A stretch of 64,000 nucleotides of DNA from Amphiscolops sp. MND2022 (Eukaryota): positions 39,186,001 to 39,250,000 of the forward strand of contig OZ076409.1 in NCBI GenBank assembly GCA_964187785.1, written 5' to 3'. Shown here in pieces: positions 40,501 through 55,500 of this stretch (the first letter of the stretch is position 1; the number at the start of each line of letters is the position of its first letter). The notes beneath the pieces are model-generated. The model was not told the DNA's origin. It searched no databases and worked only from the letters and a program-made list of their open reading frames with translations. A program made the position numbers and the translations under genes.

Positions 40501-43500
40501 TTTCCACAAAGTATAATGAAAAGATTTTCAAATTTTTCCCTTACAAAACCAATACCAAATCAATATTTCATACATACCGACTTCCGTTACCTTTTCCTTT
40601 GAAATTGAAATAATTCCATAAAATAAAACCAATACCAAATCAATAATTCATACATACCGACTTTCGTTAACTTTTCCTTTGAAATTTAAATAATTTCATA
40701 AAATAAAACCAATAACAAATCAATAATTCATACATACCGACTTCCGTTACTTTTTCCTTTGAAATTGAAATAGTTTCATAAAATGAATCCAATAACAAAT
40801 CAATAATTCATACATACCGACTTCCGTTATCTTTTCCTTTGAAATTGAAGCAATTTCATAAAATAAAACCAATAACAAATCAATAATTCATACATACCGA
40901 CTACCGTTACCTTTTCCTTTGAAATTGAAATAAATTCATAAAACAAAACCAATAACAAATCAATAATTCATACATACCGACTTCCGCGACCTTTTCCTTT
41001 GAGATTGGAATAATTTCATAAAACAATGCACTTCAAGTTTTTCCACCAAGTATAATAAAAAGATTTTCAAATTTTCACCTCACAAAACCAATAACAAGTC
41101 AATATTTCATACATACCGACTTGCGTTACTTTTTCCTATGAAATTGAAATAATTTCATAAAATAATGCACTCAAATTGTTTGCACAAAGTATAATGAAAA
41201 GATTTTCAAATTTTTCCCTTACAAAACCAATAAGAAATCAATAATTCATACATACCGACTTCCGTTACCTTTTCCTTCGAAATTGAAATAATTTCATAAA
41301 ATAATGCACTTCAGTTTTTTCCACAAAGTATATTGAAAAGATTTTCAAATTTTTCCCTTACAAAACCAATAACAAATCAATAATTCATACAAACCGACTT
41401 CCGTTACCTTTTCCTTTGAAATTGAAATAATTTCATAAATTAAAACCAATAACAAATCAATAATTCATACATACCGACTTCCGTTACCTTTTCCTTCGAA
41501 ATTGAAATAATTTCATAAAATAATGCACTTCAATTTTTTCCACAAAGTATAATGAAAAGATTTTCAAATTTTTCCCATACAAAGCCAATAAACAAATCAA
41601 TAATTCATACAAACGGACTTCCGTTACCTTTTCCTTTGAAATTGAAATAATTTCATATAATAAAACCAATAACAAATCAATAATTCATACATACCGACTT
41701 CCGTTACCTTTTCCTTTGAAATTGAAATAAATTCATAAAATAAAACCAATAACAAATCAATATTTCATACATACCGACTTCCGTTACCTTTTCCTTTGGA
41801 ATTGAAATAATTTCATATAATAAAACCAATAGCAAATCAATAATTCATACATACCACTTCCGTTACCTTTTCCTTTGAAATTGAAATAATTTCATAAATT
41901 AAAACCAATAACAAATCAATAATTCATACATACCGACTTCTGCTACTTTTTCCTTTGAAATTGAAATAGTTTCATAAAATATTGCACTTCAATTTTTTAC
42001 ACAAAGTATAATGAAAAGATTTTCAAATTTTTCCCTTACAAAACCAATAACAAATCAATAATTCATACATACCGACTTCCGTTTCCTTTCCTTTGGAAAT
42101 TGAAATAATTTCTTAAAATAATGCACTTCAATTTTTTCCACAAAGTATAATGAAAAGATTTTCAAATTTTTCCCTTACAAAATTAATAACAAATCAGTAA
42201 TTCATACATACCGACTTCCGTTACCTTTTCCTTTGAAATTGGAATAATTTCATAAAACAATGCACTTCAAGTTTTTCCACCAAGTATAATAAAAAGATTT
42301 TCAAATTTTCACCTCACAAAACCAATAACAAATCAATATTTCATACATACCGACTTGCGTTACTTTTTCCTTTGAAAATGAAATAATTTCATAAAATAAT
42401 GCACTCAAATTGTTTGCACAAAGTATAACGAAAAGATTTTCAAATTTTTCCCTTACAAAACCAATAAGAAATCAATAATTCATACATACCGACTTCCGTT
42501 ACCTTTTCCTTCGAAATTGAAATAATTTCATAAAATAATGCACTTCAGTTTTTTCCACAAAGTATATTGAAAAGATTTTCAAATTTTTCCCTTACAAAAC
42601 CAATAACAAATCAATAATTCATACATACCGACTTCTGTTACCTTTTCCTTTGAAATTGAAATAATTTCATAAAATAAAACCAATAACAAATCAATAATTC
42701 ATACATACCGACTTCCGTTACCTTTTCCTTCGAAATTGAAATAATTTCATAAAGTAATGCACTTCAATTTTTTCCACAAAGTATAATGAAAAGATTTTCA
42801 AATTTTTCCCATACAAAGCCAATAAACAAATCAATAATTCATACAAACGGACTTCCGTTACCTTTTCCTTTGAAATTGAAATAATTTCATATAATAAAAC
42901 CAATAACAAATCAATAATTCATACATACCGACTTCCGTTACCTTTTCCTTTGAAATTGAAACAAATTCATAAAATAAAACCAATAACAAATCAATATTTC
43001 ATACATACCGACTTCGGTTACCTTTTCCTTTGGAATTGAAATAATTTCATATACTAAAACCAATAACAAATCAATAATTCATACATACCGACTTCCGTTA
43101 CCTTTTCCTTTGAAATTGAAATAATTTCAAGATATAAACCAATAACAAATCAATAATTCATACATACCGACTTCTGCTACTTTTTCCTTTGAAATTGAAA
43201 TAGTTTCATAAAATATTGCACTTCAATTTTTTACACAAAGTATAATGAAAAGATTTTCAAATTTTTCCCTTACAAAACCAATAACAAATCAATAATTCAT
43301 ACATACCGACTTCCGTTTCCTTTCCTTTGGAAATTGAAATAATTTCTTAAAAGAATGCACTTCAATTTTTTCCACAAAGTATAATGAAAAGATTTTCAAA
43401 TTTTTCCCTTACAAAATTAATAACAAATCAGTAATTCATACATACCGAATTCCGTTACCTTTTCCTTTGAAATTCAAATAATTTCATAAAATAATGCACT

Positions 43501-46500
43501 TCAATTTTTTCCACAAAGTATGATGAAAAAATTTTCAAATTTTTCCCTTACAACCAATAACAAATCAGTAATTCATACATACCGACTTCCGTTACCTTTT
43601 CCTTTGAAATTGAAATAATTTCATAACAAAATGCACTTCAATTTTTTCCACAAAGTATAATGAAAAGATTTTCAAATTTTTCCCTTACAAAACCAATAAC
43701 AAATCAGTAATTCATACATACCGACTTCCGTTACCTTTTCCTTTGAAATTGAAATAATTTCATAAAATAATGCACTTCAATTTTTTCCACAAAGTATAAT
43801 GAAAAGATTTTCAAATTTTTCCCTTACAAAACCAATAACAAATCGAAAATTCTTACATACCGACTTCCGTTACCTTTTCCTTTGAAATTGAAATAATTTC
43901 ATAAAATAATGCACTTCAATTTTTTCCACAAAATATAATGAAAAGATTTTCAAATTTTTCCCCTTCAAAACCAATACCAAATCAATATTTCATACATACC
44001 GACTTCCGTTACCTTTTCCTTTGAAATTGAAATAATTCCATCAAATAAAACCAATAACAAATCAAAAATTCATACATACCGACTTCCGTTACATTTTCCT
44101 TTGAAATTTATTTAATTTCATAAAATAAAACCAATAACAAATCAATAATTCATACATACCGACTTCCATTACCTTTTCCTTTGAAATTGAAATAGTTTCA
44201 TAAAGTATTGCACTTCAATTTTTTACACAAAGTATAATGAAAAGATTTTCAAATTTTTCCCTTACAAAACCAATAACAAATCAATAATTCATACATACCG
44301 ACTTCCGTTAGCTTTTCCTTTGAAATTGAAATAATTTCATAAAATAAAACCAATAACAAATCAATAATTCATAAATACATACATACCGACTTCCGTTACC
44401 TTTTCTTTCGAAATTGAAATAATTCCATAAAATAATGCACTTCATTTTTTTCCACAAAACATAATGAAAAGATTTTCAAATTTTTCCCTTACAAAACCAA
44501 TAACAAATCAATAATTCATACATACCGACTTCCGTTACCGTTTCCTTTGAAATTGAAATAATTTCATAAAATAATGCACTTCAATTTTTTCCACAAAGTA
44601 TTATGAAAAGATTTTCAATTTTTTCCCTTACAAAACCAATAACAAATCAATAATTCATACATACCGACTTCCGTTACCTTTTCCTTTGAAATTGAAATAG
44701 TTTCATAAAATATTGCGCTTCAATTTTTTCCACAAAGTATAATGAAAAGATTTTCAAATTTTTCCCTTACAAAACCAATAACAAATCAATAATTCATACA
44801 TACCGACTTCCGTTACCTTTTCCTTTGAAATTGAAATAATTTCATAAAATAAAACCAATAACAAATCAATAATTCATAAATACATACATACCGACTTCCG
44901 TTACCTTTTCTTTCGAAATTGAAATAATTCCATAAAATAATGCACTTCATTTTTTTCCACAAAGTATAATGAAAAGATTTTCAATTTTTTCCCTTACAAA
45001 ACCAATAACAAATCAATAATTCATACATACCGACTTCCGTTACCTTTTCCTTTGAAATTGAAATAATTTCATAAAATAATGCACTTCAATTTTTTCCACA
45101 AAGTATAATGAAAAGATTTTCAATTTTTTCCCTTACAAAACCAATAACAAATCAATAATTCATACATACCGACTTCCGTTACCTTTTTCTTTGAAATTGA
45201 AATAAGTTCATAAAATAATGCACTTCAATTTTTTCCACAAAGTAAAATGAAAAAAATTTTTAATTTTTCCCCTTACAACCAATAACAAATCAGTATTTCA
45301 TACATACCGACTTCCGTTACCTTTTCCTTTGAAATTGAAATAATTTCATAAAATAAAACCAATAACAAATCAATAATTCATACATACCGATTTCCGTTAC
45401 CTTTTCCTTTGAAATTGAAACAATTTCATGAAATAAAACCAATAACAAATCAATAATTCATACATACCGACTTCCGCTACTTTTTCCTTTGAAATTGAAA
45501 TAGTTTCATAAAATATTGCACTTCAATTTTTTACACAAAGTATAATGAAAAGATTTTCAAATTTTTCCCTTACAAAACCAATAACAAAACAATAATTCAT
45601 ACATACCGACTTCCGTTTCCTTTTCCTTTGAAATTGAAATAATTTCTTAAAATAATGCACTTCAATTTTTTCTACGAAGTATTATGAAAAGATTTTCAAA
45701 TTTTTCCCTTACAAAACCAATAACAAATCAGTAATTCATACATACCGACTTCCGTTACCTTTTCCTTTGAAATTGAAATAATTTCATAAAATAATGCACT
45801 TCAATTTTTTCCACAAAGTATAATGAAAAGATTTTCAATTTTTTCCCTTACAAAACCAATAACAAATCAATAATTCATACATACCGACTTCCGTTACCTT
45901 TTTCTTTGAAATTGAAATAAGTTCATAAAATAATGCACTTCAATTTTTTCCACAAAGTAAAATGAAAAAAATTTTTAATTTTTCCCCTTACAACCAATAA
46001 CAAATCAGTATTTCATACATACCGACTTCCGTTACCTTTTCCTTTGAAATTGAAATAATTTCATAAAATAAAACCAATAACAAATCAATAATTCATACAT
46101 ACCGATTTCCGTTACCTTTTCCTTTGAAATTGAAACAATTTCATGAAATAAAACCAATAACAAATCAATAATTCATACATACCGACTTCCGCTACTTTTT
46201 CCTTTGAAATTGAAATAGTTTCATAAAATATTGCACTTCAATTTTTTACACAAAGTATAATGAAAAGATTTTCAAATTTTTCCCTTACAAAACCAATAAC
46301 AAAACAATAATTCATACATACCGACTTCCGTTTCCTTTTCCTTTGAAATTGAAATAATTTCTTAAAATAATGCACTTCAATTTTTTCTACGAAGTATTAT
46401 GAAAAGATTTTCAAATTTTTCCCTTACAAAACCAATAACAAATCAGTAATTCATACATACCGACTTCCGTTACCTTTTCCTTTGAAATTGAAATAATTTC

Positions 46501-49500
46501 ATAAAATAATGCACTTCAATTTTTTCCACAAAGTATAATGAAAAAATTTTCAAATTTTTCCCTTACAACCAATAACAAATCAGTATTTCATACATACCGA
46601 CTTCCGTTACCTTTTCCTTTGAAATTGAAATAATTTCATAAAATATTGCACTTCAATTTTTTCCACAAAGTATAATGAAAAGATTTTCAAATTTTTCCCT
46701 TACAAAACCAATACCAAATCAATATTTCATACATACCGACTTCCGTTACCTTTTCCTTCGAAATTGAAATAATTCCATAAAATAAAACCAATAACAAATC
46801 AATACTTCATACATACCGACTTTCGTTACCTTTTCCTTTGACATTTAAATAATTTCATAAATTAAAAACCAATAACAAATCAATAATTCATACATACCGA
46901 CTTCCGTTACCTTTTCCTTTGAAATTGAAATAGTTTCATAAAATATTGCGCTTCAATTTTTTCCACAAAGTATAATGAAAAGATTTTCAAATTTTTCCCT
47001 TACAAAACCAATAACAAATCAGTAATTCATACATACCGACTTCCGTTACCTTTTCCTTTGAAATTGAAATAATTTCATAAAATAATGCATTTCAATTTTT
47101 TCCACAAAGTTTAATGAAAAAATTTTCAAATTTTTCCTTTACATCCAATAACAAATCAGTAATTCATACATACCGACTTCCGTTACCTTTTCTTTTGAAA
47201 TTGAAATAGTTTCATAAAATAATGCACTTCACTTTTTTCCCACAAAGTATAATGAAAAGATTTTCAAATTTTTCCCTTACAAAACCAATAACAAATCGAA
47301 AAGTCTTACATACCGACTTCCGTTACCTTTTCCTTTGAAATTGAAATAATTTCATAAAATAATGCACTTCAATTTTTTCCACAAAGTATAATAAAAAGAT
47401 TTTCAAATTTTTCCCTTACAAAACCAATACCAAATCAATATTTCATACATACCGACTTCCGTTACCTTTTCCTTTGAAATTGAAATAATTCCATAAAGTA
47501 AAACCAATAACAAATCAATAATTCATACATCTGACTTCCGTTACCTTTTCCTTTGAAATTTAATTAATTTCATAAAATAAAACCAATAACAAATCAATAA
47601 TTCATACATACCGACTTCCATTACCTTTTTCTTTGAAATTGAAATAGTTTCATAAAATATTGCACTTCAATTTTTTACACAAAGTATAATCAAACGATTT
47701 TCAAATTTTTCCCTCACAAAACCAATAACAAATCAATAATTCATACATACCGACTTCCGTTACCTTTTCCTTTGAAATTGAAATAATTTAATAAAATAAA
47801 ACCAATAACATATCAATAATTCATAAATACATACATACCGACTTCCGTTACCTTTTCTTTCGAAATTGAAATAATTCCATAAAATAATGCACTTCAATTT
47901 TTTCCACAAAGTATAATGAAAAGATTTTCAAATTTTTCCCTTACAAAACCAATAACAAATCAATAATTCATACATACCGACTTCCGTTACCTTTTCCTTT
48001 GAAATTGAAATAATTTCATAAAATAATGCACTTCAATTTTTCCCACGAAGTATAATGAAAAGATTTTCAAATTTTTCCCTTACAGAACCAATAGCAAATC
48101 AATAATTCATACATACCGACTTCCGTTACCTTTTCCTTTGAAATTGAAATAATTTCATAAAATAATGCACTTCAATTTTTTCCACAAAGTATAATGAAAA
48201 GATTTTCAATTTTTTCCCTTACAAAACCAATAACAAATCAATAATTCATACATACCGACTTCCGTTACCTTTTCCTTTGAAAATGAAATAATTTCATAAA
48301 ATAATGCACTTCATTTTTTCCCACAAAGTATAATGAAAAGATTTTCAAATTTTTCCCTTACAGAACCAATAACAAATCGAAAATTCTTACATACCGACTT
48401 CCGTTACTTTTTCCTTTGAAATTGAAATAATGTCATACAACAAAACTAATAACAAATCATTAATTCAAACATACCGACTTCCGTTACCTTTTCCTTTGAA
48501 ATTGAAATAATTTCATAAAATAATGCACTTCATTATTTTCCACAAAATATAATGAAAAGATTTTCAAATTTTTCCCTTACAAAACCAATACCAAATCAAT
48601 AATTCATACATACCGACTTCCGTTACCTTTTCCGTTGAAATTGAAAGAATTCCATGAAATAAAACCAATAACAAATCAATAATTCATACATACCGACTTC
48701 CGTTACCTTCTCCTTTGAAATTGAAATAATTTCATAAAATTATGCACTTCAATTTTTTCCACAAAGTATAATGAAAAGATTTTCAAATATTTCCCTTACA
48801 AAACCAATACCAAATCAATAATTCATACATACCGACTTCCGTTACCTTTTCCTTTGAAATTGAAAGAATTTCATAAAAGAAAACCAATAACGAATCAATA
48901 ATTCATACATACCGACTGCCGTTACCTTTTCCTTTGAAATTGAAATAATTTCATAAAATAAAACCAATAACAAATCAATATATCATACATACCGACTTCC
49001 GTTACCTTTTCCTTTGAAATTGAAATAATTTCATGAAATGAATCCAATAACAAATCAATAATTCATACATACCGACTTCCGTTACCTTTTCCTCTGAAAT
49101 TGAAATAATTTCATAAAATAAAACCAATAACAAATCAATAATTCATACATACCGACTTCTGATAATTTTTCCTTTGAAATTGAAATAGTTTCATAAAAAT
49201 AATGCACTTCCGTTTTTTACACAAAGTATAATGAAAAGATTTTCAAATATTTCCCTTACAAAACCAATAACAAACCGATTATTCATACATACCGACTTCC
49301 GTTACCTTTTCTTTTGAAATTGAAATAATTTAATAAAAGAAAACCAATAACGAATCAATAAATCATACATACCGACTTCCGTTACCTTTTCCTTTGAAAT
49401 TGAAATAATTTCATAAAATAAAACCAATACCAAATCAATATATCATACATACCGACTTCCGTTACCTTTTCCTTTGAAATTGAAATAATTTCATAAAATG

Positions 49501-52500
49501 AATCCAATAACAAATCAATAATTCATACATACCGACTTCCGTTACCTTTTCCTCTGAAATTGAAATAATTTCATAAAATAAAACCAAAAACAAATCAATA
49601 ATTCATACATACCGACTTCCGATACTTTTTCCTTTGAAATTGAAAAAATTTCATAAAATGAAACCAATAACGAATCAATAATTCATACATACCGACTCTT
49701 CCGTTACCTTTTCCTTTGAAATTGAAATAATTTCATAAAATAATGCACTTCAATTTTCTCCACAAAGTATAATGAAAAGATTTTCAAATTTTTCCCTTAT
49801 AAAAACCAATAACAAAACAATAATCCATACATACCAACTTCCGTTACCTTTTCCTTTGAAATTGAAATAATGTCATAAAACAAAACCAATAACAAATCAT
49901 TAATTCAAACATACCGACTTCCGTTACCTTTTCCTTTGAAATTGAAATAATTTCATAAAATAATGCACTTCATTTTTTTCCACAAAATATAATGAAAAGA
50001 TTTTCAAATTTTTCCCTTACAAAACCAATACCAAATCAATAATTCATACATACCGACTTCCGTTACCTTTTCCGTTGAAATTGAAAGAATTCCATGAAAT
50101 AAAACCAATAACAAATCAATAATTCATACATACCGACTTCCGTTACCTTCTCCTTTGAAATTGAAATAATTTCATAAAATAATGCACTTCATTTTTTTCC
50201 ACAAAGTATAATGAAAAGATTTTCAAATATTTCCCTTACAAAACCAATAACAAATCGATAATTCATTCATACCGACTTCCGTTACCTTTTCCTTTGAAAT
50301 TGAAATAATTTCATAAAAGAAAACCAATAACGAATCAATAATTCATACATACCGACTGCCGTTACCTTTTCCTTTGAAATTGAAATAATTTCATAAAATA
50401 AAACCAATAACAAATCAATATATCATACATACCGACTTCCGTTACCTTTTCCTTTGAAATTGAAATAATTTCATGAAATGAATCCAATAACAAATCAATA
50501 ATTCATACATACCGACTTCCGTTACCTTTTCCTCTGAAATTGAAATAATTTCATAAAATAAAACCAATAACAAATCAATAATTCATACATACCGACTTCC
50601 GATACTTTTTCCTTTGAAATTGAAATAGTTTCATAAAAATAATGCACTTCCGTTTTTTACACAAAGTATAATGAAAAGATTTTCAAATATTTCCCTTACA
50701 AAACCAATAACAAATCGATAATTCATACATACCGACTTCCGTTACCTTTTCTTTTGAAATTGAATTAATTTAATAAAAGAAAACCAATAACGAATCAATA
50801 AATCATACATACCGACTTCCGTTACCTTTTCCTTTGAAATTGAAATAATTTCATAAAATAAAACCAATACCAAATCAATATATCATACATACCGACTTCC
50901 GTTACCTTTTCCTTTGAAATTGAAATAATTTCATAAAATGAATCCAATAACAAATCAATAATTCATACATACCGACTTCCGTTACCTTTTCCTCTGAAAT
51001 TGAAATAATTTCATAAAATAAAACCAAAAACAAATCAATAATTCATACATACCGACTTCCGATACTTTTTCCTTTGAAATTGAAAAAATTTCATAAAATG
51101 AAACCAATAACGAATCAATAATTCATACATACCGACTCTTCGGTTACCTTTTCCTTTGAAATTGAAATAATTTCATAAAATAATGCACTTCAATTTTCTC
51201 CACAAAGTATAATGAAAAAATTTTCAAATTTTTCCCTTATAAAAACCAATAACAAAACAATAATCCATACATACCAACTTCCGTTACCTTTTCCTTTGAA
51301 ATTGAAATAATGTCATAAAACAAAACCAATAACAAATCATTAATTCAAACATACCGACTTCCGTTACCTTTTCCTTTGAAATTGAAATAATTTCATGAAA
51401 CAATGCATTTCAATTTTTTCCACAAAGTATAATGAAAAGATTTTCCAATTTTTCCCTCACAAAACCAATAACAAAATAATAATTCATACATACCGACTTC
51501 CGTTACCTTTTCCTTTGAAATTGAAATAATTTCATAAAATAATGCACTTCAATTTTTTCTACAAAGTATAATGAAAAGATTTTCAAATTTTTCTCTTACA
51601 AAACCAATAATAAATCAATAATTCATACATACCGACTTCCGTTACCGTTTCCTTTGAAATTGAAAGAATTTCATAAAATAAAACCAATAACAAATCAATA
51701 ATTCATACATACCGACTTCCGTTACCTTTTCCTTTGAAATTGAAATAATTTCATAAAATAATGCACTTCAATTTTTTCCACAAAGTATAATGAAAAAATT
51801 TTCAAATATTTCCCTTACAAAACCAAAAAACAAATCGATAATCATACACACCGACTTCCGTTACTTTTTCCTTTGAAATTGAAATAATTTCATAAAATAA
51901 AACCAATAACAAATCAGTATATCATACATACCGACTTCCGTTACCTTTTCCTTTGAAATTGAAATAATTTCATGAAAGAAAACCAATAACGAATCAATAA
52001 TTCATACATACCGACTGCCGTTACCTTTTCCTTTGAAATTGAAATAATTTCATAAAATAAAACCAATAACAAATCAATATATCATACATACCGACTTCCG
52101 TTACCTTTTCCTTTGAAATTGAAATAATTTCATGAAATGAATCCAATAACAAATCAATAATTCATACATACCGACTTCCGTTACCTTTTCCTCTGAAATT
52201 GAAATAATTTCGTAAAATAAAACCAATAACAAATCAATAATTCATACATACCGACTTCCGATACTTTTTCCTTTGAAATTGAAATAGTTTCATAAAAATA
52301 ATGCACTTCTGTTTTTTACACAAAGTATAATGAAAAGATTTTCAAATATTTCCCTTACAAAACCAATAACAAATCGATAATTCATACATACCGACTTCCG
52401 TTACCTTTTTTTTGAAATTGAAATAATTTCATAAAAGAAAACCAATAACGAATCAATAAATCATACATACCGACTTCCGTTACCTTTTCCTTTGAAATTG

Positions 52501-55500
52501 AAATAATTTCATAAAATAAAACCAATACCAAATCAATATATCATACATACCGACTTCCGTTACCTTTTCCTTTGAAATTGAAATAATTTCATAAAATGAA
52601 TCCAATAACAAATCAATAATTCATACATACCGACTTCCGTTACCTTTTCCTCTGAAATTGAAATAATTTCATAAAATAAAACCAAAAACAAATCAATATT
52701 TCATACATACCGACTTCCGATACTTTTTCCTTTGAAATTGAAAAAATTTCATAAAATGAAACCAATAACGAATCAATAATTCATACATACCGACTCTTCC
52801 GTTACCTTTTCCTTTGAAATTGAAATAATTTCATAAAATAATGCACTTCAATTTTCTCCACAAAGTATAATGAAGAGATTTTCAAATTTTTCCCTTATAA
52901 AAACCAATAACAAAACAATAATCCATACATGCCAACTTCCGTTACCTTTTCCTTTGAAATTGAAATAATGTCATAAAACAAAACCAATAACAAATCATTA
53001 ATTCAAACATACCGACTTCCGTTACCTTTTCCTTTGAAATTGAAATAATTTCATGAAACAATGCACTTCAATTTTTTCCACAAAGTATAATGAAAAGATT
53101 TTCAAATTTTTCCCTCACAAAACCAATAACAAAATAATAATTCATACATACCGACTTCCGTTACCTTTTCCTTTGAAATTGAAATAATTTCATAAAATAA
53201 TGCACATCAATTTTTTCTACAAAGTATAATGAAAAGATTTTCAAATTTTTCTCTTACAAAACCAATAATAAATCAATAATTCATACATACCGACTTCCGT
53301 TACCGTTTCCTTTGAAATTGAAATAATTTCATAAAATAAAACCAATAACAAATCAATAATTCATACATACCGACTTTCGATACTTTTTCCTTTGAAATTG
53401 AAATAGTTTCATAAAAATAATGCACTTCAGTTTTTTACACAAAGTATAATGAAAAATTTTTCAAATTTTTCCCTTACAAAACCAATAACAAATCAATAAT
53501 TCATACATACCGACTTCCGTTAACTGTTCCTTTGAAATTGAAATAGTTTCATAAAATAAAACCAATAACAAATCAATAATTCATACATACCGACTTCCGT
53601 TACCTTTTCCTTTGAAATTGAAATAATTTCATAAAACATTGCACTTCAAGTTTTTCCACAAAGTATAATGAAAAGAATTTCAAATTTTTCCCTTACAAAA
53701 CCAATAACAAATCAATAATTCATACATGCCGACTTCCGTTACCTTTTCCTTTGAAATTGTAATAATTTCATAAAATAAAGCACTTCAATTTTTCCACAAA
53801 GTATAATGAAAAGATTTTCAATATTTTCCCTTACAAAACCATTAACAAATCATTAATTCATACATACCGACTTCCGTTACTTTTTCCTTTGAAATTGAAA
53901 TAATTTCATAAAATATTGCACTTCAATTTTTTCCACAAAGTATAATGAAAAGATTTTCAAATTTTTCCCTTACAAAACCAATAACAAATCAAAAATTCAT
54001 ACATACCGACTTCCGTTACCTTTTCCTTTGAAATTGAAATAATTTCATAAATTAAAACCAATAACAAATAATAATTCATACATACCAATTTCCGTTACCT
54101 TTTCCTTTGAAATTGAACTAATTTCATAAAATGATGCACTTCAATTTTTTCCACAAAGTATAATGAAAAGATTTTCAATTTTTCCCTTACAAAACCAATA
54201 ACAAATCAATAATTCATACATACCGACTTCCGTTACCTTTTCCTTTGAAATTGAAATATTTTCATAAAATAATGCACATCAATTTTTTCCACAAAGTAGA
54301 ATGAAAAAATTTTCAAATTTTTCCCTTACAACCAATAACAAATCAGTAATTCATACATACCGACTTCCGTTACCTTTTCCTTTGAAATTGAAATAATTTC
54401 ATAAAATAATGCACTTCAATTTTTTCCACAAACTATAATGAAAAGATTTTCAAGTTTGTCCCTTACAAAACCAATAACAAATCATTAATTCATACATACC
54501 GACTTCCGTTACCACAAGCGTGTTATGCGATTCGAGGAGAAGGGCTACAAGGAACCTTCCATCGCACTTCAAGTAGTTGCTCACAAATGACGTCACTTCT
54601 TGGCGACTTGCGTTAGTTAGAAATTTACCAGCTTCAACGTTTTTGTTCTCTTCGGCTGCCTCTACCAATTGACCAATAAGAGTGAGGCCGCGTGACCAGA
54701 AAATACAACGCATGATCCAAACACAGAAGCTCAGAGCATTCAAACTTGCTAGAAGGAACAACCAAACCCAGCTGAACAAGAAGAATTTTTCGTAGATGTC
54801 TAGTACTGTGACGTCACATTGAAACGTGTATTGGATGATGTTTCCTGAAATTCATAAACATTTTCTTTTCGCTGAGTACCTTCGTTTTCGTAATGAACTG
54901 TATGTAAACAGAACACATGAATGCATTCAGTTGACAAGGGGGAGCGGCTCAAAAGGCGAGAGACTTATTAACTCATATATGTTATCTTTCATATGACAAT
55001 ACCAAAAAAAAGTAAATTTGTGTCAGTTTGGTGAAAAAATATATTGGAACTACGTTGAGTTTACTCAGAGCGACTTCTTCAACCGAACTTCGAAAAAATT
55101 GAAGGGAATCCTTTGGACGCGGTTTTGATGAGTTGAATCACGATCAGAGAGCAACAAGAAAATGCAAAAACGCTGAAAGAGTCTTTCATGTTCTTGAATA
55201 AACAAGGTAGTTTAAAAAATTGATTGAGTAAAAGAATCATAATATTTGCACGTACCAACTTGTTCCACAGGCATGTCGCACAGCACATTTCTTTGAAACA
55301 ATTGTGGTTGGTTTGGCTGTCCGAAAAACTTGCGCAATGTTTGTGAGTTTTGAAGAACAAGTTCAAGACCAAATGTTAAAGGGTTGGACGTTATGATTCC
55401 TCCTAGGGAAAACAGCGCAACAGTAGATACTCCAATGTAGAGCCACTTCATTTCCAAGTATGTTATCACCAGAAACACACGGCAGCTCCATCGGCAACAG

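Noticed and set aside
41484..42909. Two identical 63-aa ORFs
   Set aside because: Chance open frames in a 1234-bp higher-order duplication of the satellite, with non-ATG starts.
28572..54499. Dscam-like array of coding alternative micro-exons
   Set aside because: Candidate micro-exons are 19 or 13 nt, nearly identical, and lead to stops when included.
28525..54513. CRISPR array, or bacterial promoter array (TATAAT in each long monomer)
   Set aside because: Sequence between cores is itself repeated, so there are no unique spacers; no cas genes; the context is eukaryotic and intronic.
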